Origin: a virus
Taxonomy: Duplodnaviria; Caudoviricetes
Virus record (IMG/VR): IMGVR_UViG_3300025687_000123
Location: 1-38,851 of that record
DNA length: 38,851 nt
Direction: 5' to 3' (one strand)
The notes under the pieces were generated by a model. That model was not told where the DNA came from and searched no databases. It saw nothing but the letters and a program-made list of their open reading frames with translations. Below, one piece after another: positions 27,785 to 35,774 of the stretch. The translations under genes were made by a program, and so were the position numbers. Within the stretch, counting starts at the first letter, position 1, and each line of letters begins with the position of its first letter.

Positions 27785-28161
27785 GCGAAGTCACTCCTTT
27801 TGAGACCGTACTCGTCATAGTAGTCAATCGGTTCTGGGCTGCACACATCGCAGTAGCGGTTCCAGATCTTGTCTTCGTAATGATCAGAGATCGCACGCTT
27901 AGCTCTGTTAAATTCTCCAGCATACTTCAGAAAGAAGTCGTCGTGGGACAGAAGCCCGATAAATGCTCTGGCCATGTCTGCCTCAAACTCTCGCAGATCT
28001 TGGAATGACAAATCATCAGACAGCCACTCTGTCAGATCACCAAACTCAGCAATGTGCGCTAATGCAAGTTCGCTCTCCTGCGAGTCGCTAAGCTCTACAC
28101 ATCGATCCGGTTCGTTAATTAGATCGATTAAGTTCTCTTCAATGAATCTATCTACTGACAT
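27781..28161 (-). CDS. Acidic hypothetical protein
   Basis: 126 aa, Asp/Glu-rich; GGAG RBS. Confidence 0.75.
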   Translation of the reverse strand: MSVDRFIEENLIDLINEPDRCVELSDSQESELALAHIAEFGDLTEWLSDDLSFQDLREFEADMARAFIGLLSHDDFFLKYAGEFNRAKRAISDHYEDKIWNRYCDVCSPEPIDYYDEYGLKRSDFA

Positions 28162-28173
28162 AGTTTTCTCCGC

Positions 28174-28497
28174 TTAATCTTGATTGAAACACAAGTCGAA
28201 TGAATAGTAAGGCTCGGTGTACCAGCCATGCTCGTAATTGTTGACCTCACAAGACGCTGGTATCGCCCACTGATATGGTCCCGATTCCCAGCACACTCTC
28301 CAGTAACTGCCATACCCATGCTCTACACTTTGTTTCGGGCTATGGATAAAGATCTCGATAGATGGGTTTTGACCGTACACTTCCTTTGATAATTTGCACA
28401 GGACTTTGTGCAGAGCCTTTGCAGCGCCTGCCGCAGTCTTATACTTGGCAGGATCGAATTCAATGCTGATTGGTCCGTATTCTGTGTGAAGTTTCAT
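28174..28497 (-). CDS. Hypothetical early protein
   Basis: 107 aa; GGAG RBS; WESGPYQWA and EPYYSFDLCF motifs. Confidence 0.75.
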   Translation of the reverse strand: MKLHTEYGPISIEFDPAKYKTAAGAAKALHKVLCKLSKEVYGQNPSIEIFIHSPKQSVEHGYGSYWRVCWESGPYQWAIPASCEVNNYEHGWYTEPYYSFDLCFNQD

Positions 28498-28528
28498 TTG
28501 TTTATCTCCGCGTCGGATTTTTATTTGT

Positions 28529-28549
28529 TTCTACTGCCAAACCCGCAGT
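28529..28549. repeat. 21-bp intergenic direct repeat, copy 1
   Basis: TTCTACTGCCAAACCCGCAGT, identical to 28796-28816; forms one arm of the hairpin GCCAAACCCGC-agttaa-GCGGGTTGGC. Confidence 0.9.
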
Positions 28550-28567
28550 TAAGCGGGTTGGCGACTC

Positions 28568-28771
28568 CTATGAAAGTTGCGCTAGTCGGCGGCGGCACTC
28601 TGCCTCTTTATTAGCATGGTGCTGGACCAGGGCGTGGTATCGGTTGCGCTGTGTGCCCTGGGAATAAAACTGACGCTCCAGGTACAGCTCGACCTGGTGA
28701 AAGTGGTACTCGATCTGCTCGATCAACTCGTCTGCCTCTACCTGGTCGATGAAGTCTGCTGCTATGCTCAT
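28568..28771 (-). CDS. Hypothetical early protein (67 aa; start revised to ATG 28771)
   Basis: GAGGA RBS before ATG 28771; bracketed by the 21-bp repeats. Confidence 0.7.
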   Translation of the reverse strand: MSIAADFIDQVEADELIEQIEYHFHQVELYLERQFYSQGTQRNRYHALVQHHANKEAECRRRLAQLS

Positions 28772-28795
28772 TGTTCTATCCTCGTGTTGGTGTGC

Positions 28796-28816
28796 TTCTA
28801 CTGCCAAACCCGCAGT
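28796..28816. repeat. 21-bp intergenic direct repeat, copy 2
   Basis: Identical to 28529-28549. Confidence 0.9.
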
Positions 28817-28821
28817 GTTGG

Positions 28822-29040
28822 TTACTCGCCAGCGCCACCGACGCCGTCGTCATCAATGAATTGCTTGGCGTGGGCCACGATTTCGGCAAAAGTATATTCG
28901 TCGTAAGCATACTCCCACAGGTCATAAGCGCCATTGTGAAGCTCTACCTCAACCACTTGGCCGTCGTCGTTAATATCGGCGATCTTGGCCACACGCTTTT
29001 TGCCGAGAGCTGTTTTGAATTTTGCGATGTTAAAAGCCAT
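28822..29040 (-). CDS. Hypothetical early protein (72 aa)
   Basis: AGGAG RBS; first gene after the leftward promoter. Confidence 0.75.
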   Translation of the reverse strand: MAFNIAKFKTALGKKRVAKIADINDDGQVVEVELHNGAYDLWEYAYDEYTFAEIVAHAKQFIDDDGVGGAGE

Positions 29041-29086
29041 GGGCTTTCTCCTGTATTAAGCAGCCCCGCGCCGCTCTATGGTTCCC

Positions 29087-29114
29087 ATTTTAATGATATC
29101 CACTCTGTTGTCAA
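29087..29114 (-). promoter_or_regulatory. Leftward sigma70 promoter
   Basis: Minus strand TTGACA-N16-TAAAAT with A-rich upstream sequence. Confidence 0.75.
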
Positions 29115-29433
29115 ACACTTTTCACACTTTTTTAGGTAAAAATGTCATTTAGATGGTTTGGGACACCTAGTCCCGATCTGAGCATGATCCGCAGTAGATC
29201 TATTGCCGGAACGCCTTCACCCATCCTTGGTGACCGCGTCAAGTCTCCTGTAGTGTCCGCTAAGCCGGTTTGCCGCCCGCATTCTGCTAGTTGGGCGCGA
29301 TCCCATCACTCTCGGAGCTACTGCGCTATCTGGGCGTTTCAGGCGGCCCATGTGCCATTATCCATGAGTTTTCGTCGGTCAGGATCTACCACGCCGGACG
29401 GGCAGTGTACACCCAAAAAGATTCATAGTACAA

Positions 29434-29482
29434 TCCACTACATATGCTGGCGTAATGTAGCTCCTACCACTACATCTTGTAT
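29434..29482. promoter_or_regulatory. Tandem NrdR-box-like sites
   Basis: CCACTACATATGCTG (29435) and CCACTACATCTTGTA (29467), 32 bp apart; resemble acaCwAtATaTwGtg. Confidence 0.5.
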
Positions 29483-29550
29483 CTCCCATCACGAGCCGTT
29501 CTCTCCGGTGCGCCAGCATCCCCCAAACCAAACCAATTCCCAAAAGGCGC

Positions 29551-29579
29551 TTGCACCGGATCTACACCGGTGATATAGT
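29551..29579 (+). promoter_or_regulatory. Rightward sigma70 promoter for the recombination/nin arm
   Basis: TTGCAC-N17-TATAGT with extended -10 TG; CACCGG occurs twice within it. Confidence 0.7.
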
Positions 29580-29613
29580 CGCATCTCCTTCAACGAGAGA
29601 TGGGAGTCTCACC

Positions 29614-30189
29614 ATGGAAAATTGCCACTTCTGGAATGCCTTCTGGGCAGCCCAAACCAACTTTGTTACCCCGAAAAAAACGGGGGTAAACAAGTTTGCC
29701 AACGGACATCAATATCACAAGCTGGAAGACCTGCTGGAGCCAATTCACGACGTTCTGGCCGAGCAAGGCATCCGGTTTTACTTCGAGGATATAAACGACC
29801 AGCTGGAAGCCGGTGTACGGATTCACATGCACCATATGCCTTCTGGGCAGAGTCACACCCAGGCCTGCATGGTTGATAAGAAAGAGCGCCATGCTCAGGC
29901 AACGGGCGGATGCTACACCTACGCCAAGCGCTACCTGCTGAGCAGTCTGTTTTTGATCAGCGATCCAAAGCTCGACGATGACGCCGACTTCTCAACCCAC
30001 GGAAGCCGTCGCAAACCGGCCCAGAACGTCGCTGACGACGCTTTAATCCAGAGCCTGAAGTCACAGCTGGAAGAGCTTGGAATCCCAGAGAAGACCGTTC
30101 TGGAAGCCGTGAAGGCTAAGTCTTGGGTTCTGACCAAAGCCCAGGCAGACACTATCCAAGCAAAGATCGACTTCAAAAGGAGCCAGTAA
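29614..30189 (+). CDS. erf: ERF-family ssDNA annealing protein (start revised to ATG 29614)
   Basis: Y..LEDLL..I...L...G, H..SGQ, Q..G..YTYAKRYLL..LF.I....DDDA; GGGAG RBS. Confidence 0.9.
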   Translation: MENCHFWNAFWAAQTNFVTPKKTGVNKFANGHQYHKLEDLLEPIHDVLAEQGIRFYFEDINDQLEAGVRIHMHHMPSGQSHTQACMVDKKERHAQATGGCYTYAKRYLLSSLFLISDPKLDDDADFSTHGSRRKPAQNVADDALIQSLKSQLEELGIPEKTVLEAVKAKSWVLTKAQADTIQAKIDFKRSQ

Positions 30190-30809
30190 TGCCATATCGC
30201 GCAGTGTATTGCCAGCAAGGCACACCTGAGTGGCTGGAGGCGCGTGTTGGTGTTATCACCGCCTCCAATTTTAAGTCGCTCTTCACCACGCGTGGCGAGA
30301 AGGCATCTTCTACCACCCGTGACACCTACCTGAACCACGTCATCGCTGAGAAGATCTGCGGCTGCCCCGTAGACACCTTCAAGAATGCCGACATGGAACG
30401 AGGAAACGAGCGCGAAGACGAGGCTCGGCAGACCTTCGCCGCGATCGTCGGAGTGACCGTCAAGGAAGTCGGGTTCTTCCTTGATCCTGAGCATGACATA
30501 GGATGCTCTCCTGACGGCCTTTTCTCGCTCGACGGTATAGACACCGGCGTAGAGATCAAGTGTCCCAGAGCCTCCACGCTGGTAAAGTGGATGCGTGGAA
30601 AGAAAGTCCCGACTGAATATGTGCAGCAAATCCAAGGCACCATGGCGATTCTTGGCCTGCAGCAATACTGGTTCTGCGCGTGGCATCCTGACTTCCCCAA
30701 GCCGTTTATCGTGAGAGTAAAGCGAGACGACGAGCTTATTAACAAGGCGCTACCAATTCTGATAGACGCCGCCAATTTTGTAAAAACAGAAACGGAGAAG
30801 CTAATATGA
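30189..30809 (+). CDS. YqaJ / lambda-type exonuclease (start revised to ATG 30189)
   Basis: QGTPEWLEARVGVITAS, MERG.ERE..AR, GCSPDGL, EIKCP, YVQQIQG. Confidence 0.93.
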   Translation: MPYRAVYCQQGTPEWLEARVGVITASNFKSLFTTRGEKASSTTRDTYLNHVIAEKICGCPVDTFKNADMERGNEREDEARQTFAAIVGVTVKEVGFFLDPEHDIGCSPDGLFSLDGIDTGVEIKCPRASTLVKWMRGKKVPTEYVQQIQGTMAILGLQQYWFCAWHPDFPKPFIVRVKRDDELINKALPILIDAANFVKTETEKLI

Positions 30810-31042
30810 GCGAATATGACAACAACAACCGCGGCGCATTGTGGAAGAACGACAAGCGCACTAATGACAAGCAGCCAAACCTGCGCGGATCTGCAGAGAT
30901 CGACGGCGTCGAATATTGGGTTTCAGCGTGGACTAACAAGGACGGAGGCAAGAAGCCTCTGGTAAGCCTGGCGTTCACACCGAAGGAAGAGCAGGCAGCT
31001 CCCGCTCAAAATGACTTTGTTGACGAGGATATTCCGTTTTGA
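30806..31042 (+). CDS. Small ssDNA-binding-like protein with SSB-type acidic tail
   Basis: 78 aa; GALWKN...P.LRG...IDG.EYWVSAW; ends DEDIPF like bacterial SSB C-termini. Confidence 0.7.
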   Translation: MSEYDNNNRGALWKNDKRTNDKQPNLRGSAEIDGVEYWVSAWTNKDGGKKPLVSLAFTPKEEQAAPAQNDFVDEDIPF

Positions 31043-31296
31043 AAATCATAAAACTTGATAAAGCGCAGATCAAAAAGGTTCAGTCTGCGCCGCGTAATCG
31101 ATACGTGCAGGAGTTTCTCGATCTAAAAGACGACGAGGCAATGAGCTTCGACGACTATGACGAGATGCGCCGCGTGTACTACGCGATCACATCTTACTGC
31201 AGGACAAAGGATATCGCGGAACGTCCAAAGCAGTTTTCCAAGACTTCAGAACACACCTTTATGATCTGGAGAGACAGTGGCAAAAGAAACGCCTAG
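31039..31296 (+). CDS. Hypothetical protein
   Basis: 85 aa, TTG start overlapping the previous stop, GAGG RBS. Confidence 0.65.
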   Translation: MKIIKLDKAQIKKVQSAPRNRYVQEFLDLKDDEAMSFDDYDEMRRVYYAITSYCRTKDIAERPKQFSKTSEHTFMIWRDSGKRNA

Positions 31297-31690
31297 AGCT
31301 AAAGCTTTACGCCTGCTTCAGCAGCTTGTCAGGATGAAGGCTGCTGACGACCACGGCATGGTGACCTGTGTTACTTGTAATGAGCCGGTTCACTACAAGG
31401 ACGCTGACGGCGGGCATTTCATCCCGAAAGGATCCAGCAGTAGATGGGCGCTGGAAGAGTGCAATGTCCACCCGCAGTGCAAAGGTTGTAACGGCTTCGG
31501 AATGAAGCACGGATCGGCTGCGCAAAAATATACGCTGTACATGATCGACATGTACGGAAAAGATTGGGTAGAAAACATGCTGGCTACCAAGAATGCCGTC
31601 CACAAGCTATACAAGGCAGACTATGACGACATGATTGAAGAGTTTAATCGCCAGATTAAAGAGCATCAGGAGAGACTGAAATGCACATAA
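31277..31690 (+). CDS. ninG: NinG/Rap-like endonuclease
   Basis: CVTC...DGGHFIP...R....NVHPQC..CN. Confidence 0.88.
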   Translation: MAKETPRAKALRLLQQLVRMKAADDHGMVTCVTCNEPVHYKDADGGHFIPKGSSSRWALEECNVHPQCKGCNGFGMKHGSAAQKYTLYMIDMYGKDWVENMLATKNAVHKLYKADYDDMIEEFNRQIKEHQERLKCT

Positions 31691-32109
31691 ACGAAGGACA
31701 GCACTGGATTATCAATAGTGACCACGCGCTAAAAAGCTTTGTCGAACACATTACCTCGGAGTATCACCGAGAGAAGTACCTTGTCCTTAAATGGGAGAAA
31801 GGCAAGCAACGAAGCATGAAGCAAAATTCAGCCTTGCACACATGGTGCAGGCTGCTGGCAGAAGCCTTAAACGACGCAGGCTGGTCCATGGAAAAAGTCC
31901 TGACCAAGAAGGCGTCGATCGATTGGACTATGTACGGCGTCAAGGAACACCTCTGGAAACCCGTACAAGAAAGCATGACCGGAGAGTCTTCGACAACGAA
32001 ACCGGAAAAGGTTGATTACATAAAAATCTACGAAGTTCTGAATAAGCACCTGTCAGAAAAGCTGGGAGTACACGTCCCATGGCCTGTCCGTGAACCAAGC
32101 GATCCTTGA
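31681..32109 (+). CDS. NinB-like protein
   Basis: KQRSMKQNSALH.W...LA..L and SSTTK motifs. Confidence 0.65.
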   Translation: MHINEGQHWIINSDHALKSFVEHITSEYHREKYLVLKWEKGKQRSMKQNSALHTWCRLLAEALNDAGWSMEKVLTKKASIDWTMYGVKEHLWKPVQESMTGESSTTKPEKVDYIKIYEVLNKHLSEKLGVHVPWPVREPSDP

Positions 32110-32599
32110 GATACCGGATCTCTGGCACGAGATCGCGGAGAGCGCACCAAAAAGCATTAACGGCAGATCAGTAAATTTGTTCTCAAAGTACACTGGAGTC
32201 ATTGGTGAGCTAGCCGTCGCAACTTTCATGGCCTCGCATGATGTGCCTTTCGTGCATGTCGATAACTATGATTACGACTTCACCGTTTTTGATGTGAAGA
32301 TCGACGTGAAAACCAATGCCCCGAAGTGCAGCCCAGATAAGCACAGCAATATCATGCTGACAGATTATCTCAGTAATCAAGGCTGCGACCTGTACGTTTT
32401 TGCCGCTGTTTATATGAACCTAAACCTAGTCCAGCTCATGGGCTTCTGCGAAAAATCATGGTTCTGGTCATGCGAACAAGGCATCGATCTGAAAAAAGGC
32501 GAGAAGCTTTACGTCACGCCGATAAAGCAAGACGCTCGGTTTCTGGACTACAAACACATCAATAACATATATGGATTGCTGGATTACCTCGGAGAATGA
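32090..32599 (+). CDS. PD-(D/E)XK-like nuclease-fold protein
   Basis: GVIGELAVA...YDYDF....KIDVKT pattern. Confidence 0.55.
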   Translation: MNQAILEIPDLWHEIAESAPKSINGRSVNLFSKYTGVIGELAVATFMASHDVPFVHVDNYDYDFTVFDVKIDVKTNAPKCSPDKHSNIMLTDYLSNQGCDLYVFAAVYMNLNLVQLMGFCEKSWFWSCEQGIDLKKGEKLYVTPIKQDARFLDYKHINNIYGLLDYLGE

Positions 32600-32600
32600 T

Positions 32601-32834
32601 ATGAAACGCACCGCCTTTATGCTGAAGTCGCCGGAAGAAAACGAAGATTGGCTGCGCGAAGCCGTCGAAAGATTCGATCAGGAAGACCTGAATCACATCC
32701 TGTCTATCGCTTGGATGCTTGGAAAGCTGGAAGACTTTATTTTCGATGACACTGACACCGCGAAGCGCTTCAGGGCTCACATGTTTGATCTTTTAACCAG
32801 AGAAGACAACGAAGAAATACAGGAGATCCACTAA
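32601..32834 (+). CDS. Acidic hypothetical protein (77 aa; start revised to ATG 32601)
   Basis: GGAG RBS at 32591; TAATG overlap with the next gene. Confidence 0.65.
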   Translation: MKRTAFMLKSPEENEDWLREAVERFDQEDLNHILSIAWMLGKLEDFIFDDTDTAKRFRAHMFDLLTREDNEEIQEIH

Positions 32835-33073
32835 TGAAGTCCACAGACTACCAAGTGGCTGGGAACCACTACAAGAAGCTCAAGATCCAGCCGATCGAGT
32901 ATATCCTGGCCAATGACATTCCATTTGCTGAAGGATGTATTATCAAGTATGCAACGCGCTGGAGAGACAAAGGCGGAATAGATGACCTGCGCAAGATCCA
33001 GCAGTTCTGCGAGTTTTTGATCGAACACGAGCTATCTATAGATCCTTTGGATACTGGCCATAGCGAATCATGA
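32834..33073 (+). CDS. DUF3310 / SaV-like protein
   Basis: QVAGNHY...IQPIEYI....F.EG.IIKY..RWRDKGG.DDL.K. Confidence 0.85.
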   Translation: MKSTDYQVAGNHYKKLKIQPIEYILANDIPFAEGCIIKYATRWRDKGGIDDLRKIQQFCEFLIEHELSIDPLDTGHSES

Positions 33074-33461
33074 AAGTCACATCGGTAGATCTTGATTTAC
33101 CTACCTGAGTTGCCCACTTGCTGTCCAGAAACTCATAGGCGGCAGTGCGGTAATCAGCCTGCGACATAGCCGCCAGCGCCTTCTTGAATTTCTTCAGGCG
33201 CGTGATTCCAAGATTGAAGCAGAGATTGATCATCGCGTCCTGACGGCAGCGATTTAGAGAAGAGTACCAGCTGAAATTATCTAGCAACTCACGATCGCAG
33301 CGAGCGATGTCATTGTCCAGCATGTAGACAACTTCATCGTCGCTGAGACCAATGCTGTCAAGGTTCCTACCAACGCCTATCGTCAGGTTACCGTTGGTGT
33401 CTTCATATGGCATCGTGCGGTAGCCTTCATGCTTGATCAGAAGACGTTGTAGTTTATTCAC
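33036..33461 (-). CDS. Endolysin, GH24 (T4-type) lysozyme
   Basis: HEGYRTMPYEDTNGNLTIGVGRNL (E-x8-D-x5-T catalytic triad), FNLG, DSKWATQV. Confidence 0.93.
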   Translation of the reverse strand: MNKLQRLLIKHEGYRTMPYEDTNGNLTIGVGRNLDSIGLSDDEVVYMLDNDIARCDRELLDNFSWYSSLNRCRQDAMINLCFNLGITRLKKFKKALAAMSQADYRTAAYEFLDSKWATQVGKSRSTDVTFMIRYGQYPKDL

Positions 33462-33721
33462 CTGGATCTCTTGAAGATACCGACAGTGTTAAATAGAGTA
33501 ACCACGCTAGAAACAATATCGTGAGCAACAGGCTGTAGCTTGTCAAACTCAGCATCGATGTCTTCAGCCTTCTCGATAGCCGCCTTGAGCAAGACATCAA
33601 ATGCCTGCAGCTTCTCCTTGCCAGCGCCATCATCGGGGATGGTTTCCTCGATCAGCTTCACGATATCGACGACCAGGTTCCATAGCCGCTTCACCCAAGA
33701 AAGGTATTCAAACAAACTCAT
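33458..33721 (-). CDS. Lysis-region hypothetical protein
   Basis: 87 aa amphipathic; E..P..G.G.EKL motif; overlaps both neighbours by 4 nt. Confidence 0.65.
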   Translation of the reverse strand: MSLFEYLSWVKRLWNLVVDIVKLIEETIPDDGAGKEKLQAFDVLLKAAIEKAEDIDAEFDKLQPVAHDIVSSVVTLFNTVGIFKRSR

Positions 33722-33927
33722 ATATCACACTCCATAGTTAGTAAGATGGCTTCTACGCCGTAGATATTGGGAATTACGTCAACCCAATGCGGGTTTACCA
33801 TAACAGGCTTTACACCTAAACTACAGCCCGACCTTCTCAGAAGTTGATAGTGTGAGCAGCCAGTTGACAAGAGCAAGCACACCAACAGCCACAGAATCCA
33901 CTGTAGCCTCATCAATCGGTATCGCAT
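33718..33927 (-). CDS. Lipoprotein (spanin candidate) overlapping the holin gene
   Basis: Basic N-terminus, hydrophobic stretch, lipobox LSTG-C; GGAGG 9 nt upstream of ATG 33927. Confidence 0.6.
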   Translation of the reverse strand: MRYRLMRLQWILWLLVCLLLSTGCSHYQLLRRSGCSLGVKPVMVNPHWVDVIPNIYGVEAILLTMECDI

Positions 33928-34075
33928 ATCCGAATGCCTCCGAAGCCTGTATCGCCGCCCAGATGGCTCCTGTGAGCGCCGTAGCGGTGATCTGGCGAGA
34001 CTTCCACTTTGCCGGATCTGCGACAGACCTGCCTTTCTTCAATAGTGCCATCAAGGCTTTCATTTTAGCTATCAT
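33821..34075 (-). CDS. Putative holin
   Basis: 84 aa with two hydrophobic segments and a basic N-terminus, upstream of the endolysin. Confidence 0.65.
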   Translation of the reverse strand: MIAKMKALMALLKKGRSVADPAKWKSRQITATALTGAIWAAIQASEAFGYAIPIDEATVDSVAVGVLALVNWLLTLSTSEKVGL

Positions 34076-34254
34076 TCGACATCTTCCATCACGTTGGTGG
34101 CTATAGAGTGCTTAAATACCTCAAGAAGCCCGATCATTGATACCGGATCAATGCCAGCCTCAAGATACTGGTCAATCCACTCTGACAGCTCGTCATAAGC
34201 CTCAAGCCAGAGCTTCTCGTAGCTGTTGTCGGGAAAAGGAATGGTCTCGCCCAT
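34072..34254 (-). CDS. Small acidic hypothetical protein
   Basis: 60 aa; fills the gap, with an ATGA overlap into the holin. Confidence 0.6.
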   Translation of the reverse strand: MGETIPFPDNSYEKLWLEAYDELSEWIDQYLEAGIDPVSMIGLLEVFKHSIATNVMEDVE

Positions 34255-34257
34255 ACG

Positions 34258-34509
34258 TCACCCCATAAATCTTGCCGCCGCCCCAATGGCAGCAGCCACG
34301 CATAGCCATACTATCCGCTCCGCTGAGCGAGAAGAAACTACGCTCTCAGCCAGCTTGTCCACCTTGTCCTCAATATTATCTACTTGGGTTTCAATCTTGG
34401 ATTGACGGTTAAAGACAGTGACCAACCTTTCTTCAACACGAGCCAAAGAGATAACCGCTTCTTGCAGCGAGTCTATTTTCTTTTCAACGCGGGAAAGTCG
34501 ATCTTCCAT
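34258..34509 (-). CDS. Coiled-coil protein with C-terminal transmembrane helix (XhlA/holin-like)
   Basis: RLSRVEKKID...LARVEER heptads then IVWLCVAAAIGAAA; AGGTG RBS. Confidence 0.7.
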   Translation of the reverse strand: MEDRLSRVEKKIDSLQEAVISLARVEERLVTVFNRQSKIETQVDNIEDKVDKLAESVVSSRSAERIVWLCVAAAIGAAARFMG

Positions 34510-34517
34510 TTCATCAC

Positions 34518-35732
34518 CTAAAAAATTTCAACGTCTGGCTTGTGTTCGCGCCTCGGGATCTCGTAAGTATAGGAAAGCATCTTGCCGCCTTCTCGTTTAA
34601 ACACAATCATCTCCATCACGCTGGCAGAGGCGTAGCCCTGACTTGAATGCCACGCATCTGGCGGGGCCAGAGTTCCAAACTTCCTTACCACTACCGAGTT
34701 ATCACATTCAATCTCATGCGAATGATGAAAATGTCCTACCGCCCACATCCTGTGCGTAGTATCAGACCACGCGTCAGGCATGTCTCTTGGCATAATGTTA
34801 GCCAGCTTGTCTGCCTTGATCTTGTCACCGTGGTGTATGCCTATCAACCACTTACCGAACTTCAGGTAGTGAAAGTATGACCTGCTTCTCAGCACATTTA
34901 CCCGTGGCTCTTTTGCGTAGTAATACTCCAGTATCATCTGTAACGCTATCGCTGCGTCAGGATCATGGTTGCCTCTGGCGATCACCACTTCCACGCGCTT
35001 GAACTTTGTCAGCATCGAGTCTACAGAATGGCGAAGAGTCTCTGCCGCGACACGCATGAATTTCTCGAATCTGGTGTCCACGTCAAGCGGCGTGCCTTTC
35101 GCTGTTGTGGCATTTGAGTTGTTAGCGTGTACAAAGTCTCCTACGTTCACCAGTAAACCTGTATCGGCCTCTGGAGCCACTGACACTAGGTCATCAATGG
35201 CGGTACAGATTTCGCTCTTCGCAATTCGCGAATCGAATGACCTGCCTCTGGTTTCTGCCTCGTCTGCCCGCATTCCAATATGGGCATCACCAATGAAGAT
35301 CGCAGGCATAATATCTTCGGTCAGTTTTTTCTTAATCGCCTTCTTCGGTTTGGCTTGTTGAATCTGAGAGTTCAGACCTTCAATAAACTCAAAGAACGCC
35401 TTTCTCTGGTGTTCCTGCTCGGCCTTGGTTTTAATCCAGACCGTATTGCCTTCGTCATCCTTGGTGAGAGTAGACTTACCTATTACCACCTGACCAGCAT
35501 CAACAAACCTTGTGGCGTTGAATGTTGGTGTATAGCCAGCTTTAGCGGCTTTCTTTTTTACAGCACACTTAACGTCACGAACGGATCTATCGCTCATGTT
35601 AAGATGCTTCGCTGCCTCAACGCTGCTGCCAAGTTGAATCCACAAAGACAGGACTTGATACTGTCTTTCAGTGCAGTAATTCAGCAGTTGAGGATCAGGC
35701 GGGTTGCAGTTGTCTGCATGGTTGTAAGCCAT
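34518..35732 (-). CDS. Calcineurin-like metallophosphoesterase with N-terminal HTH
   Basis: DAHIG, GDFVH, GNHD, HHGD, GHFHH motifs; N-terminal TERQ...SSVEAAKHLNMSDRSV. Confidence 0.88.
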   Translation of the reverse strand: MAYNHADNCNPPDPQLLNYCTERQYQVLSLWIQLGSSVEAAKHLNMSDRSVRDVKCAVKKKAAKAGYTPTFNATRFVDAGQVVIGKSTLTKDDEGNTVWIKTKAEQEHQRKAFFEFIEGLNSQIQQAKPKKAIKKKLTEDIMPAIFIGDAHIGMRADEAETRGRSFDSRIAKSEICTAIDDLVSVAPEADTGLLVNVGDFVHANNSNATTAKGTPLDVDTRFEKFMRVAAETLRHSVDSMLTKFKRVEVVIARGNHDPDAAIALQMILEYYYAKEPRVNVLRSRSYFHYLKFGKWLIGIHHGDKIKADKLANIMPRDMPDAWSDTTHRMWAVGHFHHSHEIECDNSVVVRKFGTLAPPDAWHSSQGYASASVMEMIVFKREGGKMLSYTYEIPRREHKPDVEIF

Positions 35733-35774
35733 TGTTTATATTTCTACGGATTTACAGGTTAAACCCGTACTTCA

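Noticed and set aside
28530-28565. Integron attC site
   Set aside because: Too short, imperfect core sites and no integron integrase.
29330-29385. Hammerhead ribozyme (CTGA...GAAA on the minus strand)
   Set aside because: The CUGANGA core and three-stem geometry are not satisfied.
29142-29573. 143-aa + strand ORF in the control region
   Set aside because: Ser/Pro/Arg-rich atypical composition, overlaps promoters and candidate operators; not fully excluded.
29931-30775. Minus-strand ORFs of 251 aa and 149 aa
   Set aside because: Antisense to the clear ERF and YqaJ genes.
35745-35769. Hairpin after the propeller gene as an intrinsic terminator
   Set aside because: No U tract follows on the coding strand.
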